Part shown: one piece after another, positions 29,917-37,766 of the stretch
Layout of the letters: each line of letters starts with the position of its first letter
How positions within the stretch are numbered: the first letter of the stretch is position 1
From: a virus
Lineage: Duplodnaviria; Caudoviricetes
Direction: 5' to 3' (one strand)
IMG/VR virus record: IMGVR_UViG_3300020577_008200
Coordinates: 1-64,000 of that record
Length of the DNA stretch: 64,000 nt
Program-made: the position numbers and the translations under genes
Notes under the pieces: generated by a model
Seen by the model: the letters and a program-made list of their open reading frames with translations, nothing else
Told to the model about the DNA's origin: nothing
Databases searched by the model: none

Positions 29917-30655
29917 TGACTTCCTTTAACCATTGTAATACTTTAGTATGCGCATACTCTTGACTATTTTTGATATAAGATTCCGGATTATTCATTCTAT
30001 GTTCAATGAAGTAACCAGCAAACCTATCACCAGCGCCCACCGTAAAAAGAAAATTTTCTTTTTGATGCCAATAATGACTAACATTTATCCCGTCTGACCC
30101 GCAAGTATCACCAAAGAGATGAGACACGTCTTTGATTTTTTTGGGTTGGCAGGCCACACTTCCCTGCGAAGAATGCTCAACGAGCCATCCTGAAAAGTTG
30201 GAACTTGGTTCAAACAAAAAATGTTTTAAAAGGTTTTGATTATCTTCATTACTTAAAAAAACATAATCGCAACAAGCAATATTATTGTAAGCTTTTGATA
30301 AATCAAATGTAAAGTAATGTTTAGTTAAATCACAAGACTTTATCTTTGCTTCTACTTTTGTAAAGTCAATATTAATCAAATTAGCATAAGCTAAATGAAC
30401 CCAACCGTAACCAGCTTTACTATACGGACCTTCTACTGGACATTGATATCCTTTATCAATAGTTGATTCTGTCCCATGATGAGTTATTAGAATATTAGCG
30501 GTATTCTTTTTTAGAGCAATTTTAGTACCCTGTTTAATATTATGAATTCCACCATCTTGAATTATTCTTTTATATTTTCCATCATAATTAATGATATCAA
30601 TAATATCTAAGAATTCATTACCAATAACACAAAGCTTATCTTCATTAAGATTCAT
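29903..30655 (-). CDS. PfkB/ribokinase-family carbohydrate kinase (divergent)
   Basis: C-terminal TVGAGDRFAGYF anion-hole motif; DYVFLSNED. Confidence 0.7.
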   Translation of the reverse strand: MNLNEDKLCVIGNEFLDIIDIINYDGKYKRIIQDGGIHNIKQGTKIALKKNTANILITHHGTESTIDKGYQCPVEGPYSKAGYGWVHLAYANLINIDFTKVEAKIKSCDLTKHYFTFDLSKAYNNIACCDYVFLSNEDNQNLLKHFLFEPSSNFSGWLVEHSSQGSVACQPKKIKDVSHLFGDTCGSDGINVSHYWHQKENFLFTVGAGDRFAGYFIEHRMNNPESYIKNSQEYAHTKVLQWLKEVNENI

Positions 30656-31589
30656 AAGGGTATCTCTGAATTATTTTATCTTTGACTTGTTCATAGAGGG
30701 CGTCAATTACTCCATCTCCACCATTTCGGTTAAGAATAGTAGCATTTTGTTTAACAATACTAGAGGCATTTTGAGGACAGTAGGGATGACCAACTACATT
30801 TAAAGCTGATAAATCATAGTAATCATCTCCCACATAAGCTATATCTTCTAATTTAAACTTGTATTCTTCTGCTATTTTCTCTATAGCAATAGCCTTATCT
30901 AACTGTTTAGAATAATTTCTAGCATTGAAGAATGGTAAACTTCGACTTAGAGCCATCCCGGAGTTGAAGTTGTCCCCGCTAAGTAATAGAACTGGTATAC
31001 CAGCGGACTTAAACCGTTTAATTGCAGTAAAGTCTCTATCACAAAATTCTTTAGATAATACATTGTGTTCACTATCATAAGTTTTTCTTCCGTTAGTTAG
31101 GACTCCATCTACATCTAGAATGAGAAGTTTGAAGGCTTCTCCTATTTTTTCGTTGTCATATTCAAGATTTGGATAATTCGTAATTATTCCATAAGCTTCA
31201 CAAGTTGTTGACCAATCTAAATCTACAACAATATCTTTATTTCCAAAATCACGACATTTACCAGAATTTTGATGCCAGATTCGGTAACCTTGAGAGGTAA
31301 TACTCACATCATCTAAACTTTGAAAGAAGGAATGTATTTGTTTATATCTGAGTAAATATTCAAAAGTCTGCCATGTTTTAGCATGTGCTAAAATACGACT
31401 GTCTTCTAAAAATTCTCTAACAATTTCATCTTTTGGCTCATCATGACCTAAGTAAAGTTTACCATCTTTTAGGCGAATGTCAAGTTCTACATTATATCCT
31501 TTGTTAAAACAGTTCCATGTTGCTATTTTAGTATTTTCTAAATTAATATTAGAGCCGTTTTGATTAGCCCTGTGTGCATAAACTTTCAT
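30645..31589 (-). CDS. GDPD-like domain fused to KdsC/YrbI-like HAD phosphatase
   Basis: AHRAN.NG....EN...VELDI...LGHDEP N-terminus; LILDVDGVLTNG, RD..AI, LLSGD, AYVGDDYYD, GGDGVI C-terminus. Confidence 0.85.
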   Translation of the reverse strand: MKVYAHRANQNGSNINLENTKIATWNCFNKGYNVELDIRLKDGKLYLGHDEPKDEIVREFLEDSRILAHAKTWQTFEYLLRYKQIHSFFQSLDDVSITSQGYRIWHQNSGKCRDFGNKDIVVDLDWSTTCEAYGIITNYPNLEYDNEKIGEAFKLLILDVDGVLTNGRKTYDSEHNVLSKEFCDRDFTAIKRFKSAGIPVLLLSGDNFNSGMALSRSLPFFNARNYSKQLDKAIAIEKIAEEYKFKLEDIAYVGDDYYDLSALNVVGHPYCPQNASSIVKQNATILNRNGGDGVIDALYEQVKDKIIQRYPYES

Positions 31590-32556
31590 TTATCACCTTT
31601 CCATAATCTTGGTATAAATTTTCCCAACTCCACTCTTTATAGAGAGGTTCTAAAGGAACCGTTCCATTTTGGATTATAGTTTTTAGTGTATTTTTACATA
31701 AACAAATACTTGGTTCAACCTTATGAACATGATGAAACATACCATCATTACTCACCGCAATAGGGCGACCGGCAGCAATCGCCCAATCTATTACGCTGGA
31801 ACAAGCATTATGTGCCACACTATTGCGATACATAAAAACATTAGCTGTATTTTGAGCCAACCAGTATAATAATTGTTGAGAATCTAAATATTCGTGAGAA
31901 AATTCTAATTTAATTCCGTGTTTAACTGGAATTTTTTCTAGCCTATTTCTCATAGAATAGGCGTAAGACCCAGAACTATCTACAATAGTATTCAATGGAA
32001 GACGAATTCTAACTGTAGCCTCATCAAATTCTTCGTTAACCTTATGAACTACCTCATCAAAACCTTTGTGATTAAAACCAAAGCCAAAAGTCCCGATAGT
32101 ATTTTCTAGAACTGGAGCTATTTTATAGTAACCGTTTTCATCTCTAATCATATTTTCAGGATAGAAAAACGGTATAGGTCTTCCTACTTTGTAATCAATT
32201 CCATTAGAGATATAGGTTGGGTCAGGATGTAATATTACAGTATTATTAAATATCTTTCTTTCGTCATGCATGATAACAGCAGAAGGCAGTTTTGTGGTGG
32301 TTATTACATCGTTATTTAACCAGCTCATAGTTAATGGATGGTGGTTGTAGATTACAAAACAGTAAGACTTATTTTTTAATCTTTCATATAAATCTTCTGG
32401 TTTAGACGCTTCTACACATTCGTAATAGTAAAAATCTTGTTCATTATCAATCAGTTTATTATAGGATATTTTAAATAATATTCTTCCAGTCCAATAACCG
32501 AATTCATAAACGCCACATTGGGCTTTGGGCTGAACTACAAAAAGAACTTTTTTCAT
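31564..32556 (-). CDS. Glycosyltransferase-like protein (GT-B; likely start MKKV at 32556)
   Basis: CGVYEFG, IGTFGFGFNHKGF, SSVIDWAIAAGRPIAVS, WSWENL. Confidence 0.7.
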   Translation of the reverse strand: MKKVLFVVQPKAQCGVYEFGYWTGRILFKISYNKLIDNEQDFYYYECVEASKPEDLYERLKNKSYCFVIYNHHPLTMSWLNNDVITTTKLPSAVIMHDERKIFNNTVILHPDPTYISNGIDYKVGRPIPFFYPENMIRDENGYYKIAPVLENTIGTFGFGFNHKGFDEVVHKVNEEFDEATVRIRLPLNTIVDSSGSYAYSMRNRLEKIPVKHGIKLEFSHEYLDSQQLLYWLAQNTANVFMYRNSVAHNACSSVIDWAIAAGRPIAVSNDGMFHHVHKVEPSICLCKNTLKTIIQNGTVPLEPLYKEWSWENLYQDYGKVINESLCTQG

Positions 32557-32648
32557 TACAGAATCCAAATAAGAATACAAACTATTATTACAAATATTAA
32601 ATATACTAAATCATTTTTGCAGTTACATTTATGATTACATTGACTCAT
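32556..32648 (-). CDS. 30-aa membrane peptide (not in ORF track): MSQCNHKCNCKNDLVYLIFVIIVCILIWIL
   Basis: Translated by hand; fills the gap, and its TAA overlaps the next ATG (TAATG). Confidence 0.5.
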   Translation of the reverse strand: MSQCNHKCNCKNDLVYLIFVIIVCILIWIL

Positions 32649-32654
32649 TTTTTC

Positions 32655-34883
32655 TCACATTATTGGTGTAAAATATGGTTCTTCTTTACTATCGTCCCAA
32701 GACCAATATCCAGGTTCCGGCATTGCTACTAAGAATTTCCCACCTCTTTTGAGATAGTCAACATGTCTTTTTAAAAAGAAATTAGTAAAGTGCCACGGGA
32801 GTATGAGTAAGAAATCCGGCTCTTTAATAAATCCCTCAGTTTCACTAATGATTGGTATATCAGAACCAATAGCGTATTTACCAAATTTATCTTTGCTAAC
32901 TTCTAATATATAAGGAATATCTTTGTTAGTTAAGTTACACATTTGTAAAAATGTGTTACCTTTAGTAGATGCTCCAAGTCCGAAAACTGTTTTACCACAT
33001 TTGTTTATTTCATTAATAAAATTAGTAGTAACTTGGTTAATTTTTGCTATTTTTTCATTAAACTTTTCCCAATATCCGAGTTTGAATATTTCTTTCTCGT
33101 CTTCCATTGCCTTCAATGCAGTAAATGTCACTCCTCGTTGGGCACCAATATGTTGAATGTAAAGTCTGACGGAAGCTCCGTTGACATCATTGTATTCCAA
33201 ATCAAAGATTTCCATATCATGTTTAGCTAGTAATTTTTTCATTACTTCCAACGTGTAATATCCTATATGCTCAAAGCATATATTATCATAGGCATTAGTT
33301 TTAATAGTACACATCAAGTCTGTCATTTGAACAACCCAAATCCCGCTCTTACATAAGTATTTTTTAATACTTCTGATAAATTTATCCGGGTCTTCTAAGT
33401 CATAAAACATAGCAATAGAAGTGATAATATCAAAGGGCAAAGAATAATGTATACTATCGTCAAAGTAATTATTGATAAATATATCGCAATTGTTGATAGC
33501 GTACCCAGCGAGGTTATTAGCCGGGTCGTAACCTGTCTTAAAGAATTTATCTGGGTAGAACGATAAGAGCGTGCCATCGTTACAATTATGAACTCCTATA
33601 TTGTTTGCTATATAAGCGTTTTCATCTTCAACTTCAAAGTTGTAAACATTAATATTTTCTACTTCTTCAAATGAATTATTTTTAACTCTAACAAAAATAA
33701 AATTATCATTTGTTTTATACAGACATCTATCTTTATCTTCTTCTATAATTCCTGGTTCTAATAAAGATATTTTTTGTCCACTTATAGTTAACCTATAGGA
33801 GTCATTAACGAAATGTATATTCGTTGATATTCCTAACTGGATTAATAATTGTTTTATTCCATAAATTAGTTCTTTTGATACTGATGTTACTATGTATTGA
33901 TAACCACCACTAGTCATATATCTGAGATGACCATCTCCCCTCATATAATGTTTAATTAATTCAATTTTACATTCATCTGACCAATTATAAATTTCTTTAT
34001 TTATGAATTTATGATGAGAATATTCCCCAAATAATCTTTTAACTTCTGTGGCAAAATCTTTAGAATAAATTCTTAGGTCAATAGTATTTTTTTCAGGACG
34101 AATAGATTTTGTTGTATTTAAACCTAATCTTTTTGATGCATCCTCTAATTGTTTAATATAATGTTCTTCATGAATACCTAAGCATAAATTAATTCCACAA
34201 ATTAACGGTTTATGGGAATGAATATATGAGCCTTCAGCTAAAAACCAGCCATATATTAATAATCTATCTTTATCTATTTGCAAATTTTTGCTAGACTTTA
34301 TTCTTGGAATTGAAACATATTCTCCTTTTTTGAAATCTTTAATTTGCTTATATTCTAATTTATCATTAAGAATAGGATGTTCTTCAGTTGCAGATAAGTT
34401 AAATCCATGCATAGTAGATAAATTATAAATTTTACCAGTATATTTTCTAGTAAAAGTTTTTAAAACTTTACATTCTTTATTATTTGGAGTTAAGACATAG
34501 TCTCCCTCTTTAATATCTTGAATATTTTTTGTAGAATAATCTGACATTCTAATTTTAGTATCAGATGGAAAACATCCAATATCCATTACCCGTTTATACG
34601 ACTGAGGACTTTTAGCTAGTGACTTCGTCACTATATCTTGGAGAGCAGTTACCATCGTATTATTCAAACCGGAACGATACCAGTATTCTCTGTACATATT
34701 ATCAGGTTCTAACACGTTTGTCAACTGGACAAATTCGCATTTGGGACACTGAGCTAAGGCTAGTTCTTCTGTATCAAATTTTACTTTATCTTCTGGTTTG
34801 TCTAAAAATAAAGAAGGATAAATATCTCCTAAATTTACCACAGTATTTTCATATTCATTTTTACATAAAAAACATTTTGTCAT
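32655..34883 (-). CDS. NDP-hexose C-methyltransferase (Methyltransf_13/14 type), intein-interrupted (likely start MTKC at 34883)
   Basis: C..C Zn finger, L.QC.KC.FVQL, YWYRSGLN, DIG/CNDGTLL, AMFYDL, YDNIC.EH.GYY, GLGASTKGNTFL, LILPWHF. Confidence 0.9.
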   Translation of the reverse strand: MTKCFLCKNEYENTVVNLGDIYPSLFLDKPEDKVKFDTEELALAQCPKCEFVQLTNVLEPDNMYREYWYRSGLNNTMVTALQDIVTKSLAKSPQSYKRVMDIGCFPSDTKIRMSDYSTKNIQDIKEGDYVLTPNNKECKVLKTFTRKYTGKIYNLSTMHGFNLSATEEHPILNDKLEYKQIKDFKKGEYVSIPRIKSSKNLQIDKDRLLIYGWFLAEGSYIHSHKPLICGINLCLGIHEEHYIKQLEDASKRLGLNTTKSIRPEKNTIDLRIYSKDFATEVKRLFGEYSHHKFINKEIYNWSDECKIELIKHYMRGDGHLRYMTSGGYQYIVTSVSKELIYGIKQLLIQLGISTNIHFVNDSYRLTISGQKISLLEPGIIEEDKDRCLYKTNDNFIFVRVKNNSFEEVENINVYNFEVEDENAYIANNIGVHNCNDGTLLSFYPDKFFKTGYDPANNLAGYAINNCDIFINNYFDDSIHYSLPFDIITSIAMFYDLEDPDKFIRSIKKYLCKSGIWVVQMTDLMCTIKTNAYDNICFEHIGYYTLEVMKKLLAKHDMEIFDLEYNDVNGASVRLYIQHIGAQRGVTFTALKAMEDEKEIFKLGYWEKFNEKIAKINQVTTNFINEINKCGKTVFGLGASTKGNTFLQMCNLTNKDIPYILEVSKDKFGKYAIGSDIPIISETEGFIKEPDFLLILPWHFTNFFLKRHVDYLKRGGKFLVAMPEPGYWSWDDSKEEPYFTPIM
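33585..34574 (-). mobile_element. Intein (330 aa) with LAGLIDADG homing endonuclease
   Basis: Starts CFPSDTKIRMSD, block B ATEEHP, LAGLIDADG-like YGWFLAEG and YMRGDG, ends VYNFEV...YIANNIGVHN followed by +1 Cys. Confidence 0.95.
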
Positions 34884-35929
34884 TAGACTTTCCTTAATAG
34901 TTCTTTCCAATCGTTTAAGTTTCGTTCAAAAGAAAAGTGTTTAATAGCGGCCTTGCGACCGTTTTCAGAAATACTTTTAGCTAATGTTTTATCTTTAATT
35001 AGCAGGAGAAGCATCTCACGCAATTCCCTAATATCATCGCTCCAGAAACCTGAGACACCATTTTCAATAAATTTGTGTGCTTCAAAGGTAGGCATATCTT
35101 CTCGCGGACTTCCTATCTTTGGACCTACTGAAACTAGTGGAATACCAGTAGATAGAGCTTCCATAAAAGAATATGTAAATGGGCCGGGTTTAGTGCAAGT
35201 AGAGAAGTATACTCCGGCTCTCTTTCTTAGATTATGAAGTTCCGTAGGAGTTAAATTTCCAGCGGAAAATTCAATATCTTCATTCTCGAAGCCGCCTACT
35301 ATTCTATTCATTCCCTGAGTAACTAAATTATATTCCGGCCAAGCTGCATGTTGACCCCGTTTCTTCATCCATTTATTAATAGTGAGAACGTAATCATCTT
35401 CGCCGGTCCAACCTTTGTATAATTCAGTATCTACGAACGGACGAATAATAGCGTCGTTTTTTGCTAAGCGATTGATATATCTTTCAGTTGGTGAGTATGC
35501 TACAGTCTTAGTATATTTAAGATATTTACTAAAATGCATTTGAGGTTGACCAATATATCTCATGATAATTGGTTTACCTTTAATAGATTCCCAATTCAAA
35601 GTTAAATTTTCTTCAAAGTGAGCAATAACAACTAAATCAAAAAGTTGAGCAAAATCTTTTTTAACTCTATTATAGTAAGCCCCGAGAACTTCATTAATAG
35701 TTAAAGTGTCAAACTTTTTAACTAATCCTTCATAATTGTGGCCAGCTTTATATTTTTCTAATAATTCTTCATCAAACTTAATATTCAAAGCCCCATCTTT
35801 AGTTGGATGTAGAGGTTTTCGAGGGTCTATATAGTGCCCAATAGAAAAAACTTGGTGACCAAGCTTATCTAATACTGTTAACTCGTCCGCTTCTAGCGTT
35901 TCATGGCAACTTAGGTATAGAATCTTCAT
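34883..35929 (-). CDS. GT4 glycosyltransferase
   Basis: AGVYFSTC..P.P...SFMEALSTGIPLVS, FIENGVSGF, ISENGRKAAIKHFS. Confidence 0.85.
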   Translation of the reverse strand: MKILYLSCHETLEADELTVLDKLGHQVFSIGHYIDPRKPLHPTKDGALNIKFDEELLEKYKAGHNYEGLVKKFDTLTINEVLGAYYNRVKKDFAQLFDLVVIAHFEENLTLNWESIKGKPIIMRYIGQPQMHFSKYLKYTKTVAYSPTERYINRLAKNDAIIRPFVDTELYKGWTGEDDYVLTINKWMKKRGQHAAWPEYNLVTQGMNRIVGGFENEDIEFSAGNLTPTELHNLRKRAGVYFSTCTKPGPFTYSFMEALSTGIPLVSVGPKIGSPREDMPTFEAHKFIENGVSGFWSDDIRELREMLLLLIKDKTLAKSISENGRKAAIKHFSFERNLNDWKELLRKV

Positions 35930-36276
35930 TTAATTTCCATTCCAGTTACCGGGTCATATCTAGTAACGTCAGTTCCATCTGGGTCGTAATAATCAAAAAA
36001 TTCTGTAATATAACAGTCTGTTAAAGATGTGAGTCTATTATAATAAGTCGCTGGAATATTAATATAATCTCCATCTTTCAGAACTTTGTTGAAAGCATTA
36101 TAACATAGAGAACTGTCTCCATGATAGACTACAAGTTCTCCTTTGTCAACCATAATTATCTTATTTTTCTTTTCATTTCGATGCCAACTTGTGGAGTAGC
36201 CCTTTTTAATAAAAAGTTTTTTCCCTAATTTACCGATATGTTCTTCCCATCCCCAGGGTTTAGACTTGAAACTCAT
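35926..36276 (-). CDS. Cupin (mannose-6-phosphate isomerase type II C-terminal-like)
   Basis: KPWGWE, STSWHR, V.KGEL, L..GD.I.IP. Confidence 0.7.
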   Translation of the reverse strand: MSFKSKPWGWEEHIGKLGKKLFIKKGYSTSWHRNEKKNKIIMVDKGELVVYHGDSSLCYNAFNKVLKDGDYINIPATYYNRLTSLTDCYITEFFDYYDPDGTDVTRYDPVTGMEIK

Positions 36277-36914
36277 TTAAAACAATCCTTGAATAATGTT
36301 TTTGCTGAAATGCTACGATGGAACTTTAGGAATCTAGATATAATCATAGCTGTATGTTGCGTATCAACTAGAGCATCGTGAGCATTATCTTTACTAATTC
36401 CAAGAAAGTCTCTTACCGTATCTAGTTTATAGTTCTCTGGCTCAGCCATATTTTCAAACCAAAGAAAACAAATATCCATTAGGTCAATCATATCTCTACG
36501 GTGAAATAGAATTGGTTTATTATTTTTGTCTAATGGTCCATATAGATTACACATTCGTTCTACTATATGTTTATCAAAATTCTTAATATTGAAGCCAGCG
36601 GAAATTGGGGCACCAAAAGGAGTTTTACTTTTGTTATATTTATTGACATATCTGGTAAAAGCTTCCCAAGCCTCCTTTTGAGAAATACCGTCTCTCTCTA
36701 CGACCTCTCTTTTAATTTTATTTACCGCCAGAGCTTCATCTTGAACATTTGTCCAATTAGTAGGCTTTATATAAGTCTTGAATTCAGAAGAAGGTTTTAT
36801 TTCTAAAGTCCGAGCATCTAATACAATAGCCGCTAATTGCAGTGGTTCGCATGTAAAAGGGTCTGCTGAACCAGTTTCAAAATCATACACGACAACGTCG
36901 TTCTTATTTAACAT
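36273..36914 (-). CDS. DEDDh 3'-5' exonuclease (DnaQ-like proofreader)
   Basis: YDFETG, AGFNI..FD, YKLDT, AHDALVD. Confidence 0.9.
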   Translation of the reverse strand: MLNKNDVVVYDFETGSADPFTCEPLQLAAIVLDARTLEIKPSSEFKTYIKPTNWTNVQDEALAVNKIKREVVERDGISQKEAWEAFTRYVNKYNKSKTPFGAPISAGFNIKNFDKHIVERMCNLYGPLDKNNKPILFHRRDMIDLMDICFLWFENMAEPENYKLDTVRDFLGISKDNAHDALVDTQHTAMIISRFLKFHRSISAKTLFKDCFK

Positions 36915-37340
36915 TCAATTTTTCTCCGTAGATTCAACCACCGGAGAGGCTGAAGGATTTGGATTTTCTGGTTGTGTGGTGCCTCTCTGCAAATCTTCCG
37001 AAGCAGTTCTATCAACCAGCGTCAGTTTGGAACTGCCATCAGGAAGGTTTTCAATGGACAATAGTTTATTATAATCTTTATCTGTCACAATGTCAAATAG
37101 AATTTTATCTAATAAATATTCACCATTATGTCCTAATGTAATAGCAGCTAGAATAGCATATTGTTGAACTTGCAGATTTTTTAATTCTTGTTCTTTTCTT
37201 GCTAGTTGGTCATCTTTGATTATCAGATACTCATCTCTTAATTGACACAACCTAAAAATAGTAATAAAATTTTGTTCTAAATCTTTAAGCTTCGCTTTTT
37301 TAATTTTATATTGATTGTATTTTCTAGATATCCAACTCAT
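36915..37340 (-). CDS. Hypothetical protein
   Basis: 141 aa coiled-coil-like ORF abutting neighbours. Confidence 0.6.
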   Translation of the reverse strand: MSWISRKYNQYKIKKAKLKDLEQNFITIFRLCQLRDEYLIIKDDQLARKEQELKNLQVQQYAILAAITLGHNGEYLLDKILFDIVTDKDYNKLLSIENLPDGSSKLTLVDRTASEDLQRGTTQPENPNPSASPVVESTEKN

Positions 37341-37343
37341 GTC

Positions 37344-37742
37344 TTATCCTTCAATTATATTTGATATTTTTTTAAAAAGCGTGAGCGTTTCTTCTTCTAA
37401 CTTCTTTCCCCGAATTAATAAGTGATTAGCTGCATACCACGGGATAAGAATTTTATTTCCAAGAACGAAGTTCTTTCCTAAGTAATCTTTCATCTTGAAA
37501 CTTTTAGGTAGTTTCAAAAGTAGTCCGGTAGGAATGGCTCCTAAGCTAATTATAACGTGGAAGTTAGCATTTTGCAACCTATTTTCTAAAGTATCATCCC
37601 ATTTAGCAAAGCAGAAGGCTCCATCATGTATTCCAGATTTCAGTAGTAATTTCTTAACATAATCACCTTCTCTAAGATTAAAGGAAACTTCACCTATTTT
37701 TTGAGTTAAAGGAACGTTACTAACTACGCATATTTCTTTCAT
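37344..37742 (-). CDS. Degenerate uracil-DNA glycosylase-like (family 4 fold) protein
   Basis: IISLGAIPTGLLL...LG.....LIPWYAANHLL matches the UDG4 I..LG..A...LL...RG...PTYHP..LL region, but catalytic residues are absent. Confidence 0.5.
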   Translation of the reverse strand: MKEICVVSNVPLTQKIGEVSFNLREGDYVKKLLLKSGIHDGAFCFAKWDDTLENRLQNANFHVIISLGAIPTGLLLKLPKSFKMKDYLGKNFVLGNKILIPWYAANHLLIRGKKLEEETLTLFKKISNIIEG

Positions 37743-37766
37743 ATGTATTCCTTCAGGAATAGTTTA

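Noticed and set aside
14773-36276. Definite DNA glucosylation (T4-like) system
   Set aside because: No hydroxymethylase or other base-priming enzyme is in the window, and the WavE/CgeB/C-methyltransferase content points more to surface-type glycans. Kept only as an alternative.
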